A stretch of 64,000 nucleotides of DNA from Octopus sinensis (lineage: Eukaryota): assembly GCF_006345805.1 (NCBI RefSeq), contig NC_043015.1, positions 28,892,001-28,956,000 of the forward strand, read 5' to 3'. Below, piece by piece: positions 1-11,465 of this stretch (the first letter of the stretch is position 1; every line of letters starts with the position of its first letter). The notes beneath the pieces are model-generated. The model had not been told where the DNA came from. It saw nothing but the letters and a program-made list of their open reading frames with translations, and did no database searches. Both the position numbers and the translations under genes were made by a program.

Positions 1-59
1 CACATTTGCATTATGTTATATATACAATAATAATAAAGGATGTTACCATATACAGTTTT

Positions 60-193
60 ACAAACCAAGGATGTTATATAGACCTCCTTGACTCAAGTTA
101 GAGAAGGGGTGCGTATTATACACAAAGTTTGGGTTTTTCAGAGGTACAGCCCCCTAAAAATCCCCTGCGTATTATACTCGAGGATTTACGGTA
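60..193. mobile_element. Probable pogo/Tigger-type (Tc1-mariner) MITE, right end
   Basis: Ends in TATACTCGAGGATTTACGG followed by TA (reverse complement CCGTAAATCCTCGAGTATA resembles Tigger-type TIRs). Left TIR not identified. Confidence 0.4.
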
Positions 194-719
194 ATAATAG
201 AGGAGTGAAATTGAATCAGTGTATGTGTGTGTTATTAATATTGGGGTAGTGTCTCTCTCAAGACACAGCATAAATTAATAAATTTAATCAATAAGAATAT
301 GTAAATACTATCATTACCAAAAAGTAAATATGAATTGAGGAAGAACATTCTGTAATTATCTTTTATTTACCTCACTCATTGGACTGCAGCCATACCAGAG
401 CATCACCTTGAAGGTTTTAGTCAAACAAGTCAAAAGGGCCAGCTTTGTCACATTCTGCATCAAGCTGAATCTCCTTGAGAATCACGTTAAGGGTACAACA
501 TGTGTCTGTGGAGTACTCAGCCACTTGCATGTTAATTTCATGAGCAGGCTGTTCCGTTGATCGGTTCATCTGGAACTTTGGTCATTGTAGCTGACACAGC
601 GCCAGTTAGTATATACATTTCTGTTGAATGAACAAAAGTATTTTAACTTTTTAGCATTCAGATTACTTTGTTAAATTCTACAATGCTTATTTATTCACAG
701 GACATAGAGGCATTTATTC

Positions 720-872
720 ACTCTCGGAGTGGTTGGCGTTAGGAAGGGCATCCAGCTGTAGAAACTCTGCCAAATCAAGATTGGAGCCTGGTGCAGCCAT
801 CTGGTTTGCCAGCCCTCAGTCAAAATCGTCCAACCCATGCTAGCATGGAAAGCGGACGTTAAACGATGATGA
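720..872 (+). mobile_element. R3 family fragment (RTE-like bipartite non-autonomous retroelement)
   Basis: GGTTGGCGTTAGGAAGGGCATCCAGCTGTAGAAAC ... AGCATGGAAAGCGGACGTTAAACGATGATGAT; many copies in window. Plus is defined as the orientation ending in the (GAT)n tail. Confidence 0.7.
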
Positions 873-1689
873 TTGTTCTAAAGTAATCTTGCATCATCTC
901 ACATGTAGCTTTGAGATTTTGAAGATGTGATTGTATATTTTTAGAATCTGGCTGGTTTTGAACATAAAATCAAGTAAAATATTTGGGCTTGATATGACCT
1001 GTTTAGCTGCTAATGGGTCAAATGGAAGTGTTTATAGTGTTATATTTCTGCATACACCTTTTCATTCTTCCACATTGGTATCTTATCACTTGTTGACTTT
1101 ACAGCCTACAGGAAAGTTCAAAGGTCACTTCTGAATTTGTTTGTCTTTAGGAGTCATGAACTTTCCCAATGTATTTTAAAAGGACAGTTTTGTTTATGCA
1201 TCCTAATACTTTTTTAAAAAATGTATATTATACACAAGATTTTTTTCCTGAGATTTTACAGCTCAAATTTGTAGTGCTTATTTATACACAAATGTAGGTT
1301 ATGGGACAGGGTGTTCTCAAACTTATATTTGCTTATATTTGCTTCATTTAACTTGTTTACATTGGACAGCTCTCACAAAATGTTGTTAAATTAAGCTTTC
1401 TTACAGACATAGGAGTAGTTCAGAGGGAGAAGGAGACGAGTTTTTGCTTTGATTTTTTGATAAAATATAGACCAAGATAATAAATCTCTGAACGAGGTAT
1501 AAACAGTAGCTGCATGACAATGTGAAGTATATTTGTCACTTAAATGTGGCTAACCCCTAAGGGTGGCATCCACCTTTAGTGGTTAAGCCACATTTTAGTG
1601 GCAAATATACTTCACATAAACCAAGATATTTTTCTAACAATACTGGTTTATTAATCTTGTTTTTAACGAGTTATTTATATTTCTTGCAG

Positions 1690-1756
1690 GTCATTGAAAA
1701 ATCAGCTCATTTGTTGTATCAATCAGATGAAATGCATGCCATTAGGAAACTTGGAG
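1690..1756 (+). CDS. Probable 5' coding exon of the MGA-like gene (VIEKSAHLLYQSDEMHAIRKLG)
   Basis: ttcttgcag acceptor, G|gtaaac donor, open phase 0 to 1, phase-compatible with 5694-5944. No homology evidence ties it to MGA; in-frame ATG at 1732. Confidence 0.55.
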
Positions 1757-1787
1757 GTAAACATTTGTGCTTTTTCTTCTCTTTCAT

Positions 1788-2173
1788 TTAACCCTTTCGT
1801 TACCGTATTTATTTTGAGATGCTCTGTGTTTCTTTGAATTACTTTAAATCATCATCGTTTAACGTCCGTTTTCCGTGCTAGCACGGGTTGGACGGTTTGA
1901 CCGGGGATCTGGGAAGCCAGGAGGCTGCACCAGGCTCCAGTCTGATCTGGCAGTGTTTCTACAGCTGGATGCCCTTCCTAACGCCAACCACTCCGCGAGT
2001 GTTAAATATAACAAAGAATTTAGTAAAATAACTTAGTTATCATTGAGCTAGTGTTAGGAACATAAATTGTGCCTAAGGTTTGGTGGAAGATTTTAATTCA
2101 AAACTTATGAAAACAAGACATTTGTACTCAGAGCCAGAGCCGGTTTCAGCCGGGTTGGTAATGAAAGGGTTAA
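1788..2173 (+). mobile_element. piggyBac MITE family A interrupted by an R3 fragment (about 1849-2001)
   Basis: TTAA target sites, TIR CCCTTTCGTTAC / GTAATGAAAGGG; internal sequence matches the 8468-8695 copy once the insert is removed. Confidence 0.85.
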
Positions 2174-2456
2174 ATATAAAAAAGATCCTTAATAGCTTAT
2201 TAGTAACGTGTACCTTTTTTTTTTACTGTGGTTTGTATTCTACACAAAGAAACTGTTTTGTTTTGCTGCATTCAGAATCTGTATTTATTTTCTAAGCTAA
2301 CCATTGTGAAATACTTAAGGATCTCTTTGGTGACCATATTAAAGCACTTATCTTTTCTGTATCTTTGTAAGTTGGGATAAAATATGACGTTTGGTAGGAC
2401 TAAATAGTTTGGCAAAAGCTTTCAGTTTTAAAAGAAATAAAGGAATGGAGTTCTCT

Positions 2457-2876
2457 CTCTTTACTCTTTACTCTTTTACTTGTTTCAGTCATTTGACTGC
2501 GGCCATGCTGGAGCACCACCTTTAGTCGAGCAAATCGACCCCGGGACTTATTCTTTGTAAGCCCAGTACTTATTCTATCGGTCTCTTATGCCGAACCGCT
2601 AAGTGACGGGGACGTAAACACACCAGCATCGGTTGTCAAGCAATGCTAGTGGGGAGGGGGACAAACACAGACACACAAACGCACGCATACATATATATAT
2701 ATATATATACATATATACGACAGGCTTCTTTCAGTTTCCGTCTACCAAATCCACTCACAAGGCATTGGTCGGCCCGGGGCTATAGCAGAAGACACTTGCC
2801 CAAGATGCCACACAGTGGGATTGAACCCGGAACCATGTGGTTGGTAAACAAGCTACTTACCACACAGCCACTCCTG
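2457..2876 (-). mobile_element. S1 tRNA-derived CORE-like SINE
   Basis: Head with A-box TGGCTGTGTGG, B-box GGTTCA(A/G)TCCC and CORE-like CTTGGGCAAGT; internal (TA)n(TG)n; (GAGTAAA)n tail. Confidence 0.85.
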
Positions 2877-3059
2877 TGATGTTTATTATGTTTTGTCATG
2901 GGTATTGGCAAGGATATAGAGGCATAGATATATAAAATTTCATTGGTTTATTACGAATCGTTTGTTGTTATCAAATATTTTAGGCATTTGAAGCACATAA
3001 AATAGACTTGTCCTGATGGATATGTTTAGAAATAGCTTTTCTGGGGGATTGTTTTCTGT

Positions 3060-3275
3060 TTAACCCTTTAGTGCTCAGATTATTCTATCAAATATAATGC
3101 TTATTGATTCCCATTGATTTGAGTTAATCATGCATTATCTCATATCTTCAAGATTTTGATGGTGTAATTACCTAATGTAGAATAACATTGTGGGGTAGGT
3201 GTGAGGGTCAGTTTGAACGTAAGGCAGATTAAATATTTTGGCCGGATATGGCCGGTTTAAATACTAAAGGGTTAA
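3060..3275 (+). mobile_element. piggyBac MITE family B
   Basis: TTAACCCTTTAGT ... ACTAAAGGGTTAA, TTAA duplication, about 215 bp; near-identical copies at 17221 and 25789. Confidence 0.85.
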
Positions 3276-3395
3276 AAAATAGTTTCGTTGACAAATACGA
3301 ACTTTTATAAAATACAAGTTTAAATGATGGTCTTCTTTAGATTTTAATTTAAAAAGTATTTGGAATTTTTATACTCAATAAAATTTGGGTTATAG

Positions 3396-3800
3396 TTTAC
3401 TCTTTACTCTTTTAGTTGTTTCAGTCATTTGACTGCGGCCATGCTGGAGCACCGCCTTTAGTCGAGTAAATCGACCCCGGGACTTATTCTTTGTAAGCCC
3501 AGTAGTTATTCTATCGGTCTCTTTTGCCGAACCGCTAAGTGACGGGGACGTAAACACACCAGCATCGGTTGTCAAGCAATGCTAGGGGAACAAACACACA
3601 AACACACACACACACACATATATATATACATATATACGACAGGCTTCTTTCAGTTGCCGTCTACCAAATCCACTCACAAGGAATTGGTCGGCCCGGGGCT
3701 ATAGCAGAAGACACTTGCCCAAGATGCCACGCAGTGGGACTGAACCTGCAACCATGTGGTTGGTTAGCAAGCTACTTACCACACAGCCACTCCTGCGCCT
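3396..3800 (-). mobile_element. S1 SINE
   Basis: Full-length match to other S1 copies. Confidence 0.85.
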
Positions 3801-4257
3801 ACAGTTTGTGGATTAACAAAACTTGAATGTAATTCATTAAATCTATTGTACCTTCTAGTATTTAAAAATATCTAAGTATATTTTCATATAGTCCCACAGT
3901 ATTTTCTGTTTCTTGTTTACTATTGAGCTAGTAATTGTCTGTTTTAGCCTGCTTTCTATGGCTTAATGTCAGAACATTTTACAGAGTGTAACAGGGGTGC
4001 TTTTTACATGGCACCAGCACCAAAATTATTGTTGATAATTAGATACATGTACACACATTTGAAAATATAAATTTTGTTATGTTTTTATATATCACCATAC
4101 AGTAACGAGGACTTGCATTCACAATTTGCTTTATTAACCCTTTAGTATTTGATCTGGCCGTATCCAACTCAAATATTCTGCACATTTTAAGTTCAAACTG
4201 GCTGTATCTAACCTCTCACACTTACCCTAAAATGTCATTCTAAAAACAAACAATCAT

Positions 4258-4678
4258 AGGTGCAGGAGTGGCTGTGTGGTAAGTAGCTTGCTAACCAACC
4301 ACATGGTTCCGGGTTCAGTCCCACTGCGTGGTACCTTGGGCAAGTGTCTTCTGCTATAGCCGCGGGCCGACCAATGCCTTGTGAGTGGATTTGGTAGACG
4401 GAAACTGAAAGAAGCCTGTCGTATATATGTATATATATGTATATGTATGTGTGTGTGTGTGTGTGTGTGTATGTGTTTGTGTGTCTGTGTTTGTCTCCCT
4501 AGCATTGCTTGACAACCGATGCTGGTGTGTTTACGTCCCCGCCACCTAGCGGTTCGGCAAAAGAGACCGATAGAATAATTACTGGGCTTACAAAGAATAA
4601 GTCCCGGGGTTGATTTGCTTGACTAAAGGCAGTGCTCCAGCATGGCCACAGTCAAATGACTGAAACAAGTAAAAGAGC
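4258..4678 (+). mobile_element. S1 SINE inserted into a minus-strand family B MITE (about 4134-4760)
   Basis: S1 head and tail present; the flanks are the two halves of a degenerate family B MITE. Confidence 0.8.
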
Positions 4679-5054
4679 AATCACATAATCAAAGTCCTGA
4701 AACTGAGATAATGCATAATTAATAAAAAAATGTCATTTGACAGGATAAAGATTAGCCTTTAGGTGTAAATGGAGCTTGTTTTTGTTGTAGAAAACATGCC
4801 AAATGAGATTGGGGTCTGGTGCAGCCCTTCAACTTAGCAGCCGTGGTCAAACCATCCAGTCCATGCCAGCATGGACAACGGACATTAAATGATGTTGATG
4901 ATACTCTATCAAATTTAATGCCTATTTCTTTACATTGTTTTGAATTATGCATTATCTTGTAGCTTTCGGATTTTGGTGGTGTGATTGTTTATTTTTGCAA
5001 TGACATTGTAGGGTAGATGTGATGGGCCAGTTTGAACGTAGAGCAAGGTAGAAT

Positions 5055-5448
5055 AGTGATACCAGTGCTGGTGGCACGTAAGCGAACCATCCGATCATGG
5101 CCGTTGCCAGTGCCGCCCCGACTGGCCTCCGTGCCAGCGGCACGTAAAAAGCACCACCCGATCGTGGCCGTTGCCAGCCTCGTCTGGCCCCCGTGCCGGT
5201 GGCACGTTAAAAGCACCATCCGACCGTGGCCGTTTGCCAGCCCCGTCTGGCACCTGTGCCGGTGGCACGTAAAAAGCACCCACTACACTCACGGAGTGGT
5301 TGGCGTTAGGAAGGGCATCCAGCTGTAGAAACACTGCCAGATCAGACTGGGCCTGGTGCAGCTTTCTGGCTTCCCAGACCCCAGTTGAACCGTCCAACCC
5401 ATGCTAGCATGGAAAGCAGCACTAAATGATGATGATGATGATGATGAT
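5055..5448 (+). mobile_element. R3 element with tandem 5' modules and (GAT)n tail
   Basis: Four repeats of GGTGGCACGTAA..A(A/G)C(G/A)(A)CC, then GGTTGGCGTTAGGAAGGGCATCC, then (GAT)n tail. Confidence 0.75.
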
Positions 5449-5693
5449 TGCGGGATTAAATGCTAAACGGTTAATGCCTATCCTGATTATTTGCTCAAGG
5501 AATACCCCTGACTCTCTCTCTTTTTCACATGCACACAGATATGAACAAATGATAAACAACTGCATAGGCAATACACATACATACACATATATACACACAT
5601 GAAGAAGAGTGTTTCTAAAATGAAATTGTTTTTGATTGATATAAAGTAAAGATTTAGCTGTGAGATGTTTGATGGAGCTTGTTTTCGTTGTAG

Positions 5694-5944
5694 AATTTGA
5701 GCTGAATGAACCTTCAATACGGAAAAGGACAAGAAGTCAGGTAGAATATTTCAAAGACCAACAAACAAAGAACCAACGTCCCAACAATAGTCTGCCACTG
5801 ACTACTTTTACTCAAAGTATGGCCCAGGCAGCCACATCAGCTCTCCATGACAACTTCATCAGAAAGAATGGTTCTGCTGCCACATTGGCTGCTTTCTCTG
5901 ATGGCAAACACGACACAGATATGTTCACACAGGTGGACTCTGTG
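5694..5944 (+). CDS. Probable coding exon of the MGA-like gene (EFELNEPSIRKRTRSQ...DMFTQVDSV)
   Basis: ttttcgttgtag acceptor, GTG|gtatgt donor, 251 nt open, phase 1 to 0; compatible with 1756 upstream and 22681 downstream. Confidence 0.65.
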
Positions 5945-6940
5945 GTATGTAGAGTCCATTTAGGATTTTTTTTTCTCTCCTCTTAATCTATAATAATAAT
6001 AATGATAATAATAATAATAATGATTTCTTTATTTTTAATAATGAATGACAATAATAATAATAATTATAATAATCCAAAGTTCATTGATAACTTTTTTGTA
6101 AAGAATCTTTAGAATTTGGTACAAATACTAAGATTTGTAGAAAATGGTTTTCTCTTGTGAATTAGGAACAAATATCTTCTTGCTATATGCTCTGTTATTA
6201 TTTCAATTATAATTATTATTATTATTATTATTTCGAAATATATCATCTAATACTACAATCCTTATTTAATTAATTAATTAATTAATTTTTTTTTTTATCT
6301 TGGTTAATACTATCCCCATTGGTCACCAAATTATGTGTGTGCTGTTTACGGAATGCTGCTTCTATTAAGTGACTTACACGTGTTCTAGTACTTAGCTGCC
6401 AAAAATCTGACGCTAGCCAAATGCTTCTCACTTAGCCAGCAACTGAACTGCTTTAACAGAAGCTTTTTTAAAAATTTATTTAGCAGCTAGTTATGTTTAT
6501 GTGTGATATTTTCCACCTTTTTTTTTTTGTATCCCTTTTATTATTTTTTCTTCATATTTCAATCCTTTTCTATATTCTATATATTTTAATTCCATGATTA
6601 TATTTGTAAGAAATAATTCACTTATATTATAAATTCTTCATCATCGACTTTATTACTTGTGTTCAGAATGAAAATGCTAATATGCATAAAAGATACTTCG
6701 AAGAGCAATTCTTTTTCTAATACTACTTTCGAATGTGCGCTAAAGGAAATTTAGCTGCTGTTGTAGTAAGTACACCAAGTGTTGTTCTGGCTGTACTCTG
6801 TATGTGAACATATCTTAATTGGGAGAATATTAGGGGGCAAGGGTAAAAAAAAACTTGAAAGCTGAGAAACTAAACATTATTTATAATATAGTAACAAGAT
6901 GCTTCTCTCAGTAACATTGCACCTCTTGGTGGAAGGGGGT

Positions 6941-7308
6941 TAAGTTAAGCCAAGTTAATTTTTTTGCTCAAAAAGCAAAAAGCAAGGCCATGTAGGGGGA
7001 CATGGAGTTATGTACAGAGAGGGTGTTCATGCAAAGAGTTCAGGCCATTTCTGGTCCAGAGAGACTTTGAACCGAGCGGTTGTCGGCATCTTAACTATCT
7101 CGCCCGGCAGCTTATTCCACGGATCCGCAACCCAGACGGAGAAAGCCCCTCTCCTTCGATTGAGATGAAATCGTCGCAGATAGAGCTTTTCGGAGTGACC
7201 CCCGCAGTCGATGCTCTGGAGCAGGAGTGAAGAACAGCTCTTTCGAGAGGTTACACTTTCTGCTTATGATGCTGTGAGCAAGAATGAGATCACCACGACG
7301 GTGGCGGC
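6941..7308 (-). mobile_element. CR1/L2-clade LINE 3' fragment
   Basis: Minus strand translates RRHRRGDLILAH...RGHSEKLYLRRFHLNRRRGAFSVWVADPWNKLPGEIVKMPTTARFKVSLDQKW, the typical CR1 ORF2 C-terminus (RGH..KL, WN.LP, FK..LD), followed by a short-repeat tail. Confidence 0.85.
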
Positions 7309-7517
7309 GTTTTTCTAGAGAATAAAGGTCGAGCGTCTTCAGCCTTAGTCACTCTTTGTTCTAATCAAAGGAAAAGTAAAAGGTAACCAATCAAAAACTT
7401 TATGCTGGATCTATGGGTTCAGTAGATCAATAGTCTTGAGTTTGATTGCTTAACTTAGAGAGCCATAAGCCACAATAATTAATCATAAATGAGTCTTTAG
7501 TTTTTATATCGACAACA

Positions 7518-7760
7518 TTAACCCTTTAGCATTCAGATTACTCTGTCAAATGTAATCCTTAAAAATGTTTTAGCCCGAAGGCTGCGGCCATGCTGGGGCA
7601 CCACCACTGTAATGATTATTTATTCACATTGTTTTGAATTAATCATGTATTATTATCTTGTAACTTGGAAATTTTGATGATGTGACTTTATTTTTTAAAG
7701 TGCCATTGTAGGGTAGGTGTGAGGGGCCTGATGTGGCCCGTTTAAATATTAAAGGGTCAA
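7518..7760 (+). mobile_element. piggyBac MITE family B (diverged)
   Basis: TTAACCCTTTAGC start, AAAGGGTCAA end. Confidence 0.7.
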
Positions 7761-7987
7761 GTAGCTGGGAAATTACTGTAACCACTGGACTGGGTGTCAG
7801 CCCCCTTACAAGCAGCATTCCTTTAGCTAAGTAAATCAGAGCTCATAAAATTAACTGCCAATAAGATGCCTGTGGTGAATATGGGCCTCATCTTGAGTTA
7901 GTCCGGTAATAACCATTTCACCACCTTATTTAAGCCAGTTAGCAAAATAAATCAAGTATTTTATAACTATACTAACAGTGGCGTATA

Positions 7988-8385
7988 GGCGTAGGAGTGG
8001 CTGTGTGGTAAGTAGCTTGCTTACCAACCACATGGTTCCGGGTTCAGTCCCACTGCGTAGTGGCACCTTGGGAAAGTGTCTTCTCCTATAGCCTCGGGCC
8101 GACCAAAGCCTTGTGAGTGGATTTGGTAGACAGAAACTGAAAGAAGCCCGTCGTATATATGTATATATATGTGTGTTTGTGTGTTGTGTTTGCCCCCCCC
8201 CCCATCGCTTGACAACCGGTGCTGGTGTGTTTATGTCCCCGTAACTTAGCGGTTCGGCAAAAGAGACTGATAGAATAAGTACTAGCCTTAGAAAAAAGAA
8301 TAAGTCCTGGGGTCGATTTCCTTGACTAAAGGCGGTGCTCCAGCATGGCCGCAGTCAAATGACTGAAACAAGTAAATAAATAAAT
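7988..8385 (+). mobile_element. S1 SINE
   Basis: Full-length match to other S1 copies. Confidence 0.85.
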
Positions 8386-8467
8386 GAATAAATGAGTGGT
8401 TGTAAGGGTTAAGCCAATATGAACGGAATCATAAATTTAGCAAGTATAGTCAAAATCAGTACTCCCT

Positions 8468-8695
8468 TTAACCCTTTCGTTACTGTATTTCTTTTGAGAT
8501 GCTCTATGTTTCTTTCAATTACTTTAAATATAACAAAGAATTTAGTAAAATAACTTAGTTATCATTCAGCTAGTGTTAGGAATACAAATTGTGACTAAGG
8601 TTTGGTGGAAGATTTCAATTCGAAATTTATGGAAACAAGACATTTGTACTCAGAGCCAGAGCCAGTTTCAACCGGGTTGGTAACGAAAGGGTTAA
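8468..8695 (+). mobile_element. piggyBac MITE family A
   Basis: TTAA-CCCTTTCGTTAC ... GTAACGAAAGGG-TTAA. Confidence 0.9.
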
Positions 8696-8849
8696 GTGTA
8701 GTTTTCTGGTTCTAAGCATTGCCACTTGGGTCAGTTTTTGTCATTGTGATCATTTTGTCTGTGTTAGCCGTTTGGTCGTAAAGTTTAGGACATGAAACAA
8801 AGGATTTCAGTTGTCAATTTTGTTGGGAAGATTTGACTGCTATTTTTGT

Positions 8850-9078
8850 TCAACCCTTTCGTTACTGTATTTATTTTGAGATGCTCTGTGTTTCTTTTCA
8901 ATTACTTTAAGTATAACAAAGAATTTAGTAAAATGACTTAGTTATTATTCAGCTAGTGTTAGGAACATAAATTGTGACTAAGGTTTGGTGGAAGATTTTT
9001 ATTCAAAACTTATGAAAATAAGACATTTATACCCAGAGCCAGAGCCCGTTTCAGCCGGGTTGGTAACGAAAGGGTTAA
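8850..9078 (+). mobile_element. piggyBac MITE family A
   Basis: Second copy about 155 bp after the previous one; left TTAA mutated to TCAA. Confidence 0.85.
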
Positions 9079-9388
9079 TGAAGCTCTTGTGGAATATCCA
9101 ACCTCCAAATAATTTCCATTGTATTTTCAAGTTTTTTTGAAAGATTTTTTTTTGAAGTTGTAACGATTTGAAAATTTTAATCATTTATGACAAAATATGA
9201 TTCTGTTTAAAAATGAAGGTTTGAAATTTTAGTGTTAATATTGATGTTATATTGTCAGAGAAAAAACAAGTATTTAATAGTGTGGTTAAGCTTACTTCAC
9301 TACAAAGCTGTTTGTTATTTTTACCTACTGTGTTGTTCTATCTGCAGGAGTGAAAAACTGTATAAAATATATATACTTTTTCTTTCTG

Positions 9389-9800
9389 GGGCGGCGAGCT
9401 GGCAGAAACGTTAGCACGCCGGGCGAAATGCATAGCCGTGTTTCGTTTGCTGTTACGTTCTGAGTTCAAATTCCGCCGAGTTCGACTTTGCCTTTCATCC
9501 TTTCGGGGTCGATAAATTAAGTACCATTTACGAACTGGGGTCGATGTAATCGACTTAATCCGTTTGTCTGTCCTTGTTGGTCCCCTCTGTGTTTAGCCCC
9601 TTGTGCGCAATGAAGATATAGGTATTTCCTTTGCCGTTATGTTCTGAGTTCAAATTCTGCCAAGGTCGACTTTGCCTTTCATCCTTTCGGGGTCGATAAA
9701 TTAAGTACCAGTTTCGCACTGGGATCGATGTAATCGACCTAATCCATTTGTCTGTTCTTGTTGGTCCTCTCTGTGTTTAGCCCCTTGTGGATAGTAAAGA
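9389..9800 (+). mobile_element. S2 SINE, full copy plus tandem partial copy
   Basis: GGCGGCGAGCTGGCAGAAACGTTAGC head, GAGTTCAAATTCC B-box-like motif, GGGGTCGATAAATTAAGTACCA central block; body repeated from about 9625. Confidence 0.8.
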
Positions 9801-11240
9801 TATATATATATATATACTTTTTCTTTCTGGTTTCTTTTGTAGTTTGCTTTCTTTCCATTCTTCATCTCTTCTTGGTATACTGTTTACTTTTGTTATAAAC
9901 TTATATCTAGAACTTTCTGAATAATGTCCTTTCCATTTAATTAAAAGCTGAAGATCTTTTTGTTCTTTTGTCTTAGCAATTTTTATATACTGTAGTCTCA
10001 AATATTTCCTGTTCCTAGGAAAACAAAAAAGTGCATTAAAATAGCTTACAGCTTTTTTCTATATTATGCACTGTTTTCTCCAATCATTGTATATCATACA
10101 CATTTCTAGTTTGCTTCATTTATTATTTCTGTCATCCTTTTGTGACTTGACTTAAATACCTTCCCATCCATTCCGTTCATGTCTTCTCACCACTTCTGTT
10201 GTGACTTTTGCATATAGAAGCTGATGTCACCTTCATCTCTGTTTATTCCTCTTAAAAAGAAAAAAAAAAAACAGAACAACACTTAGAGAGCAGCATAATT
10301 GTTATTTTAACTTTGAAGCGTTCATAAATTTCCGAAAAGTGTTTTTGATGGTTCTTCGTCCTTTTTTAAAAGTAATGAAATGCAAAGATTCATGCTAAAT
10401 GTTCCAAGCTTGGGTTAAACTGACATGTAAAGAGTCAAATTTGACTTGTTTTGTTTCAATATCTTTCCTTAGGTGGCATCGTTAACTATGGCAACCTGAT
10501 TTCCTTCAACTGGTAACTTAGGAGCTAACCCCACTACCTTTGCTAAACGGAAACGAAAAACTTAGGCCTGTAAGTCAAGTCACACTTCTGTAGGTAGTCA
10601 GCAAACATGATTTTCAAAGCATTAAAGAGATGTTTCTTCACTGCCAAAGGAGAAATAGTTTGTTTATAGCTAGTTGCTTAGCTTCTATCTGTGTGCTGAC
10701 AATATCATTCTTATTTTGTCACTTAAATTTAACACACTTCCATTAACTTGTTTCAAATGCTATAGAATTTACACGTTTATATGCAAGCTACTAGAGTATC
10801 CACACACCACATATTTGTTTATGTTTAGACTAAACTGAATACTGTTGAATGTTTATTGTACTTTTTTGTAAATATTTCATCAACTTGGCACATAACTTAT
10901 TTGTAGATGCATCTCAAGTTTTCTTTGTGCATTTCTTTCGAAATATTACGATACCTTAGTTCATTTGATTCTTGAGAAAAAAAAAATAATAATGAATGTG
11001 AACTTAGAGAGAGCTTAGGGCATTCAGTGGACTGATTGACCGATATTCTTGCATGTTTCTTCTTCGTTTGTATGAGTTACGTCCTGCACTGTCTCAAGTA
11101 AATATTTGTGAAATTTAAGTGATATCCTATATCAACAGAAGGTACTGACAATAACCTTTTTTCAGTAGGTAAAATATTAAGTCATTTTTTGCTTTATATG
11201 AGGAGACTGTTTGGGCCCCCACTTTTTTTCTTTTATAAAT

Positions 11241-11465
11241 TTAACCCTTTTGTTACTGTATTTATTTTTAGATGCTCTCTGTTTCTTTCAATTACTTTAA
11301 ATATAAAGAATTTAGTAAAATAACTTAGTCATCATTCAGCTAGTGTTAGGAGCATAAATTGTGACTAAGGTTTGGTGGAAGATTTTCATTCAAAACTTAT
11401 GAAAACAAGACATTTGTATTCAGAACCAGAGCCGGTTTCAGCTGGGTTGGTAACGAAAGGGTTAA
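11241..11465 (+). mobile_element. piggyBac MITE family A
   Basis: TTAA flanks and family A TIRs. Confidence 0.85.

Noticed and set aside
2643-4505. ORFs such as MLGGQTQTH...LPNPLTRHWSARGYSRRH and MTTDAGVFTSP, recurring through the window
   Set aside because: Chance frames through S1 SINE copies and their microsatellites; they recur wherever the SINE does.
7988-8060. tRNA-like A/B box sequences at SINE heads
   Set aside because: No acceptor stem or complete cloverleaf; they are SINE promoters, not tRNA genes.
9777-10252. Minus-strand exon-like pieces (tttttaag and ttttcctag acceptors, TG|gtgaga donor) and a 74-aa ORF
   Set aside because: No recognisable protein, no consistent phase chain, and the ORF runs into an S2 SINE; an antisense lncRNA cannot be excluded.
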